From: Thermoflexus hugenholtzii JAD2
Lineage (GTDB): Bacteria > Chloroflexota > UBA11872 > UBA12225
DNA: 64,000 bases
Assembly (NCBI GenBank): GCA_945907765.1
Contig: CAMDTO010000004.1
Coordinates: 3,159 to 67,158 of the forward strand
Reading direction: 5' to 3'
Positions 9,961 to 18,381 of the stretch are shown piece by piece (the first letter of the stretch is position 1; each line of letters begins with the position of its first letter). The notes below the pieces were generated by a model. The model was not told where the DNA came from and searched no databases. It saw only the letters and a program-made list of their open reading frames with translations. A program made the position numbers and the translations under genes.

Positions 9961-10455
9961 ATGACGACTCCGACGGACCACTCCGACACCTCGCGCCTTG
10001 CAGTGATCCTGGGAAAGGATCTTGAGACCGTGATGTCGGCCGTCACCCGGACCTCCGTCGAGGAGGTCCGGCTTGAGGATGGAGACATCGTGATCCAAGT
10101 GGTCCGCGGGATTGGTGGCGTAGGTCCAACCGCGTCTGTGGCTGACCGTGGGGACGCGGTGGCAAGAGCATCGGGTGAAGTCGGTCACTTCCCCATGGTT
10201 TCATCTCGTGAGGAAGACGTGACCGAGATCCGGTCACCTTCGGTAGGGTTCTTCCACCGTGCGCGATCCGAAGGTGGGCCGAACCTCGCTGTGGATGACG
10301 CCCCAGTGGCAATCGGGGCACCGATCGGCGTGATCGAGACCCTGGGCATGGCGGGGGAGGTGGTATCCCCGGTGGCCGGTCGGCTTGAACTGCGGATCCA
10401 GGACGGTCAGGCGGTTGACTATGGCCTCGTGGTTGCCGTCGTGCACCCCGCGTAG
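9961..10455 (+). CDS. biotin carboxyl carrier protein-like (biotinyl/lipoyl-attachment fold) lacking the acceptor lysine
   Basis: The C-terminal 75 aa align with the BCCP hammerhead ('IRSPSVGFFHR...IGVIETLGMAGEV...'). The canonical E-A-M-K-M is E-T-L-G-M here. No accC follows. Confidence 0.7.
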   Translation: MTTPTDHSDTSRLAVILGKDLETVMSAVTRTSVEEVRLEDGDIVIQVVRGIGGVGPTASVADRGDAVARASGEVGHFPMVSSREEDVTEIRSPSVGFFHRARSEGGPNLAVDDAPVAIGAPIGVIETLGMAGEVVSPVAGRLELRIQDGQAVDYGLVVAVVHPA

Positions 10456-10478
10456 GTCATCTCCGCGCGAAGCTCCAG

Positions 10479-11537
10479 ATGGTCAGTTCCGTGACCGATG
10501 ATGGGACGCGCCTGGTGACTGGGACCATACTTGGGGTCAGGGCCGGTGCCCTTGGCGATGTACTGCTGGGCATTCCTTCGTGGCAGGCAATCCGGCGTGC
10601 CAACCTCTCCGGGTCGATTGTCGTGGCCTCGCCATCTGGTCCGGCGCAATTCATCGTCTCATCGGTGCCTGGTCCCCTCCGGATCATCCGTCCTGATACC
10701 CAAGCAATCGCCGATCTCTATCTCGGTGATGATGACCGCTTTCAGAACGGCGGCAATTTCGTTTCCGCCGCCGCCGTAGGTTTCGATTGGGCCTCGGTGA
10801 CGCACGCAGTGGTGTGGACCCAAGCCAGTCTCCACATCGCAGACCGGCTGAGGGCGCGGGGTGTGGGATGCGTGGTCGTCGCACCTCCGTTTCCTCCGGC
10901 CAGCAATCGAACGCATGTTGCGGACTGGCTTGCCAGCACCATCGAACCGGTTGGAGGCGTCTTGCCCGCGGGTTGGGATGCTTCACCGTGGATCAAGCAA
11001 TCCAGCGCGGTTGCCTCCCTTGATGATCAGTGGTCTGGCGCTGAAGACTTTGCCGAAGGTCGTTGCGTTGTTGTGCATCCCGGGAGTGGAAGTGCGAGGA
11101 AGTGTTGGCCGGCCCTGAGTTGGCTCGCATTGATCCGTGACCTGGTGGGTCAGGGGTACAAGGTGATGGTTCTCGAGGGAGAGGCGGATGGCCCGGCGGT
11201 CACGGCCATCACCACCGCGATGTCACGCCAGATGGTCTGGGTGATCCGGGGACGGTCTCTCGCGGAAGTTGCACGCCTATTTGCCGATGCGTCTGGCGTC
11301 ATTGCAAACGACTCGGGTATTGCGCACCTGGCTGCTGGACTTGGGGTGCCCACGGTCGCGATCTTTGGACCGACCGATCCTGCGGTCTGGCGTCCCCGCG
11401 GTCCAATCGTGCGGGTGTGTGGGGGTACTCCCGGCGCTTCATGGCCTCATGCGGGCCGTGTCGCTTCCGAGGGCGTGATCTGGCCGGCGGTTGACGAGGT
11501 GATTGCCGCCATCGCAGAGACATTCACGCCTGCATGA
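10479..11537 (+). CDS. glycosyltransferase family 9 (heptosyltransferase-like, GT-B fold)
   Basis: 'ILGVRAGALGDVLLGIPSWQAIRR' N-terminal motif and 'NDSGIAHLAAGLGVPTVAIFGPTDPAVW' C-terminal motif. Confidence 0.8.
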   Translation: MVSSVTDDGTRLVTGTILGVRAGALGDVLLGIPSWQAIRRANLSGSIVVASPSGPAQFIVSSVPGPLRIIRPDTQAIADLYLGDDDRFQNGGNFVSAAAVGFDWASVTHAVVWTQASLHIADRLRARGVGCVVVAPPFPPASNRTHVADWLASTIEPVGGVLPAGWDASPWIKQSSAVASLDDQWSGAEDFAEGRCVVVHPGSGSARKCWPALSWLALIRDLVGQGYKVMVLEGEADGPAVTAITTAMSRQMVWVIRGRSLAEVARLFADASGVIANDSGIAHLAAGLGVPTVAIFGPTDPAVWRPRGPIVRVCGGTPGASWPHAGRVASEGVIWPAVDEVIAAIAETFTPA

Positions 11538-11556
11538 TCGCGGTAACGAGGCCTGA

Positions 11557-13527
11557 TTACCCGACAAGGTTCCGAACCAGGGCGACGTACCGCATAGCGT
11601 CAGCACGGTTGCCCCGAAACGCTTGCCAGAGTGCCTCCACACCGAACAGGACCACGTGTTCGGCCCGCACCAGGGCAGCCACCGGCTTTCCCAGAGTGCG
11701 TGAGGCGTACGTCATCTTGCTGGCGTAGTAATGGCGGTCGCGCGCGCCAACGTTCTGGTCGGCACTTTGTGATCGATGGTGAAAGACATGGGCTTCAGGT
11801 GCGTAGGTGCATGTCCAACCGGAACGTCGCAATCGTCGCGCAAGGTCGGTTTCCTCAAAGTAGAGGAAGAATGCTGGATCAAATCCCCCGACGGTGGCGA
11901 GTGCAGCTGCCCGGACAAGCAGGCACGCACCGGAGATCCAGTCGACTGTCCCTGGGACATCGGGTAGGTCAGCGCACTGGTACCGGCGAATGATCGGTTC
12001 GATAATCGGCCATCCGGGCGATCCATCGATTCCACCTCCGCGCCATTGGAGGGGAGTGCTTTCCACCAGAAGGGTCGCAAGGTTGGGGAAGCGTCGACGA
12101 GGAGGCTGCGGTCGCCCGTCGGGAAACCGGAGGGCTGGACCAGCAATCGCATGTCTTGGACTGGTGGCAAGGGCATTTCGGAGAGCTGCTAGCGCGTCGG
12201 GTGTGAGGCGTGCATCCGGGTTCAGGAACAGAACGTGTTGGCTTCCGATCGCCCGGGCGATGGCGATGCCTTGGTTGCAGGCGACGCCGAAACCGACATT
12301 GCGGGTGTTGGCAACTACTGTCGTTTCGGGGGTTGCCCGGGCGACATCGATGCTGTGGTCGGTTGAAGCATTGTCGATCACGACGATATGGACGGTGATG
12401 CCTCCCGTTTCGGCCGCGTTGGCTATCGATGCCAGACATTCGTGCATGAGGGACGCGACGTTGTAACTGACGATGACGGCGACGGTATCGGGCGGATGAT
12501 TACCGAAATCGGGCAGGTCAGACGGCACTGGATCTGGGACGCGTGAGGTTGTGCCATCGCTTACCGTCACGGCTGACCTGGAGTCTCTGTCGGTAGTACG
12601 GTTACCTGCGTCTGCGCCCGCCCTATTGCGAGGGGAAGCCGGGGCCACGCCCACCTCAGCGCCGTCAGGGTTTAAGCGGGTACGGCCCGTTGCCCAAGCA
12701 AGCCGAAGGGTCTGGAGTTCGGCGATTGCCAGCAGGACGGCAAGGATGACGCCATGGGCGCCGGCGCGCCAACCCTGCAGGGTGACGTACCGCCGCCAGA
12801 ACTCGCGCCAGGGTTGCAGGACAAAGTTATGTGGGCGGACGCGCTGTCCTCGGGATACGCGAGCGGCAGCCTCGACACGCGCATAACGTTGTTGCTTGAA
12901 CCAGAAGTGTTGCCAGTCGTCGTAGTTGTAGTGAATGAGGCGTGCCTCGAGGTGGGCGTCTGGTCCGTCAAGCAGGACGAGTTCATGGACCGGTCGCGCT
13001 GGGTCATAGCGCCCGCGGTCCGTGCGGAAGAGGCGCAACTGGTAGTCGGGATCCCAACCGGCGTGGCGCACCCATTTGCCGGCGATGATGTTTCGTCGGG
13101 GCACCCAGAACCCAACGGGAGCGGTCGTATGCCCGGAGGCGTGAGCGGCGTCACTTTTCTCGACAACACGGGTCGCTTCGGAGGCCAACTCTGGCGGAAT
13201 GCGTTCATCGGCATCGACAAAGAAGATCCACCGGTAACCCCGGCTGGAGGCTTCAGTGATCGCGAACGTCCGTTGCCCGGCCCACCCATCCCAGTCGCGA
13301 TGCAGCACGATTGCCCCGCGGGCGCGGGCAAGGTTGGTTGTGGCATCGGTACTTCCGCAGTCGACCACCATCTGGGCGTGGGTCCACGACACCGAATTGA
13401 GGCACGCCTCGATGTGCCTCGCTTCGTTGCGGGTCAGGATGCACGCAAGGATCCGGCTATCGTTTCCCCCCCCATTTTTGTGGGTTGGACGGTCATGGCC
13501 CGATGCGGGCTGGGTGTCAGGCGACAA
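11557..13527 (-). CDS. bifunctional glycosyltransferase with two GT2 domains
   Basis: N-terminal GT2 ('ILACILTRNEARHIEACLNS...FFVDADE'). A low-complexity linker follows. The second GT2 has 'VAVIVSYNVASLM...VVIDNASTDHS...GACLLVR'. TAA stop. Confidence 0.8.
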   Translation of the reverse strand: MSPDTQPASGHDRPTHKNGGGNDSRILACILTRNEARHIEACLNSVSWTHAQMVVDCGSTDATTNLARARGAIVLHRDWDGWAGQRTFAITEASSRGYRWIFFVDADERIPPELASEATRVVEKSDAAHASGHTTAPVGFWVPRRNIIAGKWVRHAGWDPDYQLRLFRTDRGRYDPARPVHELVLLDGPDAHLEARLIHYNYDDWQHFWFKQQRYARVEAAARVSRGQRVRPHNFVLQPWREFWRRYVTLQGWRAGAHGVILAVLLAIAELQTLRLAWATGRTRLNPDGAEVGVAPASPRNRAGADAGNRTTDRDSRSAVTVSDGTTSRVPDPVPSDLPDFGNHPPDTVAVIVSYNVASLMHECLASIANAAETGGITVHIVVIDNASTDHSIDVARATPETTVVANTRNVGFGVACNQGIAIARAIGSQHVLFLNPDARLTPDALAALRNALATSPRHAIAGPALRFPDGRPQPPRRRFPNLATLLVESTPLQWRGGGIDGSPGWPIIEPIIRRYQCADLPDVPGTVDWISGACLLVRAAALATVGGFDPAFFLYFEETDLARRLRRSGWTCTYAPEAHVFHHRSQSADQNVGARDRHYYASKMTYASRTLGKPVAALVRAEHVVLFGVEALWQAFRGNRADAMRYVALVRNLVG

Positions 13528-14485
13528 GGCGCATCACCTCACGGCATCCACGGATCCGTTCACGCGACGCGTCATCCGGTGCACGGCGTTTTAGGTGCAC
13601 GACTTCCCGGGCACACCCGATCCATGTGATCCCTCGGGCGATGGCGACCGTCGCCGGAGGCCAGTACCGGCGGAAGTAATGAAGGCGGCTCCGGTGCAAC
13701 TCCACGAACATGCGCGCCGCGACGGTACGCGTACTTTGGCCCGAGTGATGGATGCCTATGGCGTCGGGGCAGTGCCAGACTTCCCATCCGAACGCACGGA
13801 GACGCCTGCACCAGTCAATCTCTTCAACGTACATGAAGTAGCGTTCGTCGAAGCCCCCTGTGCCCACGATGGCGGTTCGACGAATGGCCATAAGCGCGCC
13901 GAGGACCGCATCACATTCAAACGCGATGGCGTCGATTGTGCGAGGATAGCGGCCGTTCAATCGCGACTCGGTCAGTCGCCAATTGAGGGGGAAGAAGTCA
14001 AGGAAGACCTGTGCCAAGCTCGGGAACCGGAACGCGGCGTGCTGGAAGGATCCGTCACCATACGCAAGCCGTCCCCCGGCTGCGCCGATCCGCGGGTGGT
14101 CCCGGAGGAACTGGTGGAGAGCGCCGATTGTGCCTGGCTGAAGTTCGCAGTCCGGATTGACGAGGATGATGGTTCTGCCTCGTGCTACTGCGAATGCACG
14201 GTTACACCCGGCCCCGAAACCGAGGTTGACATTGCTCTCCATCACCTTGACACCCGGGAAACGTTCCCGCACGAACGAGGCGGACCCGTCAGTGGAGGCG
14301 TTGTCGACGACGATCACTTCGAGCCCGGCAACATCATCTGATTGGTGGATGACAGGGTCGAGGCAACGTTCCAACCAGTTGCGTGAGTTGTAACTGACGA
14401 CGACGACAGTGACGTCGACCAATGACCCATCTTCGGGATTGGTGCCCGATGTGGGCCCAACGACAGTGGTGGTTCGGTCAGGCAT
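13517..14485 (-). CDS. glycosyltransferase family 2 (rhamnosyltransferase-like)
   Basis: 'VTVVVVSYNSRNWLERCL...VVDNASTDGS...GALMAIRR...YVEEIDWCRR'. I chose the ATG at 14485 because the longer ORF (to 14659) overlaps the divergent gene. There is an 11-nt overlap with the downstream GT2-GT2 gene. Confidence 0.8.
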   Translation of the reverse strand: MPDRTTTVVGPTSGTNPEDGSLVDVTVVVVSYNSRNWLERCLDPVIHQSDDVAGLEVIVVDNASTDGSASFVRERFPGVKVMESNVNLGFGAGCNRAFAVARGRTIILVNPDCELQPGTIGALHQFLRDHPRIGAAGGRLAYGDGSFQHAAFRFPSLAQVFLDFFPLNWRLTESRLNGRYPRTIDAIAFECDAVLGALMAIRRTAIVGTGGFDERYFMYVEEIDWCRRLRAFGWEVWHCPDAIGIHHSGQSTRTVAARMFVELHRSRLHYFRRYWPPATVAIARGITWIGCAREVVHLKRRAPDDASRERIRGCREVMRLVA

Positions 14486-14515
14486 CACCGGATTTCCCGA
14501 GTACCATGTGGAACG

Positions 14516-15235
14516 ATGGATAACAGCTCCGCCCGCGCAACTGCCCCTCGCATCCGGCCTCACGCAAGCGATGTGTGTCCGGTCGTCGCGGTGGTCTTGG
14601 CTGCAGGGGCATCGACACGGATGGGGGCACCCAAGGCACTCCTGCCGTGGCAGGGTCAACCACTCGCGTCATATGTGGTCTCGGAACTCCTGCGTATTCC
14701 GCCAGCTCAGGCCCGTCATGGCCCCGGCGTCTCTATGCTTCGCTTGGAACGGATTGTGGTGGTGGTCGGTCATCGTGCGGAGGAGGTCATGGCGTCCGTC
14801 ACAGGTGACGAGCGGGTCACGATAGTCGTCAATCGTGACTGGGAAGCTGGGAAGTCGGGATCGGTGGTGGCCGGATTGAGCGGGGTTCCCGAGGGTCGGC
14901 ACACGCTCATTACCGGAGTTGACCAACCTCGTCCGGCATCGGTAATCCAGACTGTCGTCGCCAATCACCTGGATGGCGCCGGTCGGAATGATGGCCGATT
15001 GGTCACGATTGCCGGAGCCCTGGGGCGCCGCGGGCATCCGACGATCTTTTCCCCGTTGCTGCGTGATGATCTGTTCGGTATCAATGAAGCCACACTTGGC
15101 TTGCGTGCGGTGATTTTGCGACACGAGGCTGCGGTTCACACCTTTGACACTGGTGATGAGATGGCCCTGCTGAACCTCAACACGCCAAAGCAGTACGCCG
15201 AAGCATACGCACTTCACGGGCGCACCGACAATTGA
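14516..15235 (+). CDS. MobA/MocA-like nucleotidyltransferase (start 14516 or GTG 14573)
   Basis: 'VVAVVLAAGASTRMGAPKALLPWQGQPL' NTP-transferase P-loop-like motif. Confidence 0.7.
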   Translation: MDNSSARATAPRIRPHASDVCPVVAVVLAAGASTRMGAPKALLPWQGQPLASYVVSELLRIPPAQARHGPGVSMLRLERIVVVVGHRAEEVMASVTGDERVTIVVNRDWEAGKSGSVVAGLSGVPEGRHTLITGVDQPRPASVIQTVVANHLDGAGRNDGRLVTIAGALGRRGHPTIFSPLLRDDLFGINEATLGLRAVILRHEAAVHTFDTGDEMALLNLNTPKQYAEAYALHGRTDN

Positions 15236-15493
15236 TCCCATCGGCCGAGCCTTCCCCGCAACCAGAAGAGAGGAGGAAGGTTTGGCCGCGGGACCGAGAG
15301 ACCGTGGACGGTACACTTGCTGGAAAGTTACCGCGGCCGGCACGTGGAACCGCTACGGACGAGATGACCTCGACTCCGGGGTTCTGTTACGTCGGCAGGT
15401 ACCCACGCATTGCTCCTCACCTGCGGTGGCGGGGTGGGATGCCTTACCGCCTTTGATATACATGCGCTTGCCTGAGCGTTCACGACGAGCAGA

Positions 15494-16555
15494 ATGATGT
15501 CCGGTCCGTTGAGCGCTTTCCTTGGCTTGTTCTCCAAGGACATTGGCATTGATCTTGGGACCGCGAATACCTTGGTGTATGTCCGCAACAAGGGTGTGGT
15601 GATCTCCGAACCCTCTGTTGTGGCGATGGACAAGCGCACCGGCCGGGTCCTGACGGTAGGCACCGAAGCCAAGCGGATGGTTGGCCGCACGCCGGCAAAT
15701 ATCGTGGCCATCCGCCCGCTACGTGACGGGGTCATTGCCGACTTCGAGACCGTCGAACACATGCTGCGGTATTTCATCGGGAAGGTTCATGACCGGTTCC
15801 CGATCACTCCGCGACCACGGGTCATCATCGGCGTCCCTTCCGGCGTGACCGAAGTCGAGAAGCGCGCTGTTCAGGATGCTACTGTGAATGCAGGTGCCCG
15901 TGAGGCGTACCTCATTGAAGAACCGATGGCCGCTGCGATTGGTGCGGGCCTGCCAGTTCACGAGCCGGCGGGAAGCATGATTGTCGACATCGGGGGTGGC
16001 ACCACCGAGGTCGCGATCATCTCCTTGGGTGGAGTGGTGCTATCCCATTCGATCCGCATCGGTGGTGACGAGATTGATGAGCAGATCACCCAGTTCGCCC
16101 GGCGGGAATTCGACCTTCTCATCGGGGAACGAACCGCGGAAACGACCAAGATAACCGTCGGGTCTGCCCACAGTCTCTCGACAGTCCTCCGATCCCTCAT
16201 GCGGGGTCGGGACCTCGCGACCGGTCTGCCCAAGGAAATCGAGGTCACCGACGAGGCAATCCGCGAAGCAATTGCCGGGCCGGTTGGTTTGATTGTCGAT
16301 GCGGTGAAGCGATCAATCGAGGAATGCCCACCGGAACTCCTGGCTGACATCATGGACACCGGGATCATTCTTGCCGGTGGTGGTGCAATGCTGAGGGGGC
16401 TGGACGCACGTCTCTTCGAGGAGACGAAGATTCCTGTCCATATCGCCGAGGACCCGCTGTTGTGCGTGGTCCGAGGGACCGGTGCGTGCCTTGAGAACCT
16501 TGAGGTGTATCGAAAGGTCTTCGTGGCGGATCCGTACGCTCGGCTGCGCACGTGA
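15494..16555 (+). CDS. mreB: rod shape-determining actin homologue MreB
   Basis: 'DIGIDLGTANTLVY', 'MIVDIGGGTTEVAIISLGG' and 'ILAGGGAMLRGLD'. Confidence 0.95.
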   Translation: MMSGPLSAFLGLFSKDIGIDLGTANTLVYVRNKGVVISEPSVVAMDKRTGRVLTVGTEAKRMVGRTPANIVAIRPLRDGVIADFETVEHMLRYFIGKVHDRFPITPRPRVIIGVPSGVTEVEKRAVQDATVNAGAREAYLIEEPMAAAIGAGLPVHEPAGSMIVDIGGGTTEVAIISLGGVVLSHSIRIGGDEIDEQITQFARREFDLLIGERTAETTKITVGSAHSLSTVLRSLMRGRDLATGLPKEIEVTDEAIREAIAGPVGLIVDAVKRSIEECPPELLADIMDTGIILAGGGAMLRGLDARLFEETKIPVHIAEDPLLCVVRGTGACLENLEVYRKVFVADPYARLRT

Positions 16556-16683
16556 CCAGCAGTGTCGCCAGTATCGTTGTTTTCGCCATCGATGGGTGGC
16601 CCGGGCTGAGATGACAATGTTCATCACTCGCCGTCGTGCCTCACCGGTTGCGTGTTGCGTGATGAGCATGATCAACCAGGCTC

Positions 16684-16720
16684 CCTCCCCCTTTCCCACC
16701 GTTGCGACGGGAGCAGGGAG
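16684..16720 (+). repeat. GC-rich palindromic (REP-like) element, copy A
   Basis: 'cctccccctttcccaccGTTGCGACGGGAGcagggag'. The C-rich arm, the CGT-TGCG-ACG core and the G-rich arm form an imperfect hairpin. Confidence 0.7.
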
Positions 16721-16960
16721 CGGGCGCGCCGAGGTTCCGGAAACGGTGTGGGGTCGCGGCGAATTGCAGGCGGGTACGGATGGCCTTGGGGAACGGTCGG
16801 ACGCTGCGAATGCGGGCAGGCGTGCCCGCGGACCAATCTTCACGCCATCGAAGCAGCCAGGGATGCCCACGGACCGATCAGGACCGTGTCGGCGAGAGCG
16901 CCGGCGCAACCAGAAACGTACGCTCGCCCGGCCGCGTGCCCAAAGCTTGTCCCATGAGAC

Positions 16961-17000
16961 CTCCACCCCCTTCCCAACCGTAGCGACGGGAGAGGGGTGG
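16961..17000 (+). repeat. GC-rich palindromic (REP-like) element, copy B
   Basis: 'ctccacccccttcccaaccGTAGCGACGGGAGaggggtgg'. Same orientation as copy A. It shares the upstream 'gagaccYccacc' with copy C. Confidence 0.7.
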
Positions 17001-17018
17001 CGGCGAAGGGTGCGTTGA

Positions 17019-17843
17019 TTGTCCTCGTCGTTGCGTCAGCTTGTCGTTTGGTTGGCGCTCACACTCACGGTGTCGGTGGTGACGTTGTACGCCGGTCAGC
17101 GGGGATGGCTTGATACCCCTCGCGATCTCATTGCCCGGGTGGTCGCGCCAACGCAGGGAATGGCCAGCCAGGTTGGTGAAGCCGTGTCCGGTGTGACTGG
17201 TGGATGGACCGACGTTGGCCCACTTCGTGACGAGAACGCACGTCTGCGGGATCAAGTTGATGACCTCGTCCGTGAGAACATCAGGCTACGGGCATCGGAC
17301 CTTGAGAACCGTGAACTCCGTGAACAGTTACATTACGCAGAGGCGAACCCTGGGTTCTCGCTTGTCGGGGCGCAGATCATCGGGTTCGACCAATCCGCAA
17401 TCACCGGGTACGCGACCATCGATCGGGGCGGTGATGCTCTCATCCAGGACGGGATGCCGGTGCTTGCGACGGCTGGTCTGGCCGGCAGGGTGGTATCACA
17501 CACGCGACGGACAAGTTCGGTCCTGCTGATCACTCATCCGTCAAGTTCGGTGAACGCCTATATCCTCGGAATGGCGGGGGCGACAGGCGTGGTCAACGGC
17601 ATGCCCGACGGGCGATTGCTGCTGCGCTACCTCCCGCCATCGGAAAGGGTAACGCCGGGCAGCGTGGTGGTGACTTCTGGACTTGGCGGGGCGTTTCCCC
17701 GGAACTTGCCGATCGGGCGTGTGGTGCGGGTGGAGTCCCGTGAAGTGGACATGTTCCAGCAGGCGATAGTCGAACCGTTGGTCGATATCCGGCGCTTGCT
17801 CACCGTGCTCGTGGCGCGCGGCTTCGTTCCGGTCAAGAACTGA
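17019..17843 (+). CDS. mreC: rod shape-determining protein MreC (TTG start in the ORF track)
   Basis: N-terminal TM, a coiled-coil ('LRDENARLRDQVDDLVRENIRLR') and a C-terminal beta domain ('VVTSGLGGAFPRNLPIGRV'). Confidence 0.85.
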   Translation: MSSSLRQLVVWLALTLTVSVVTLYAGQRGWLDTPRDLIARVVAPTQGMASQVGEAVSGVTGGWTDVGPLRDENARLRDQVDDLVRENIRLRASDLENRELREQLHYAEANPGFSLVGAQIIGFDQSAITGYATIDRGGDALIQDGMPVLATAGLAGRVVSHTRRTSSVLLITHPSSSVNAYILGMAGATGVVNGMPDGRLLLRYLPPSERVTPGSVVVTSGLGGAFPRNLPIGRVVRVESREVDMFQQAIVEPLVDIRRLLTVLVARGFVPVKN

Positions 17844-17851
17844 AGGCAGGG

Positions 17852-18379
17852 ATGGAGATGGGTACGCGCTGGTGGATTCCGCCGCTTTGGCTGTTCGCAT
17901 GCGCGATCATCCAGGCGTCGCTGATCCCCGCAGTCGGCTTCCGGGTGGTGCGTCCTGATCTGGTGCTTGACACGGTGGTGATCTGGGCGGTGACCCGTGG
18001 CGCGCGCGAGGCGCTGCCGTGGGGTCTGATGGGCGGGCTGATGCTCGACCTTGTCTCTGGAACTCCCTTCGGCACCCTGTCGCTGGTGCTAGTCATCGTT
18101 GCGTTCCTGGCAAGTGCGGGAGATATCAACCTCTTTCCAAATGCGCTGTGGTTGCCGATGGTCACGGTGTTCGTGGCGACTTTCGTGCACGCGGTCATCC
18201 TGCTGATCGTGCTACGTTCGCTCGGGATCCCCAACGACTGGTGGCTGGACACCTTGCGCACGGTCACTGCGCCGACGGCTGTGGTGAATGTTGTGACGAC
18301 GCCGCTGGTCTATTGGGTGGTTCGCAAGTTCACGGACAATGACCGGTCTCGTATCCAGATGCGGTTTGGCAGGCTCTGA
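17852..18379 (+). CDS. mreD: rod shape-determining protein MreD
   Basis: Small polytopic membrane protein directly between mreC and mrdA, with 'DLVLDTVVIW' and 'GLMLDLVSGTPFG' motifs. Confidence 0.7.
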   Translation: MEMGTRWWIPPLWLFACAIIQASLIPAVGFRVVRPDLVLDTVVIWAVTRGAREALPWGLMGGLMLDLVSGTPFGTLSLVLVIVAFLASAGDINLFPNALWLPMVTVFVATFVHAVILLIVLRSLGIPNDWWLDTLRTVTAPTAVVNVVTTPLVYWVVRKFTDNDRSRIQMRFGRL

Positions 18380-18381
18380 CG

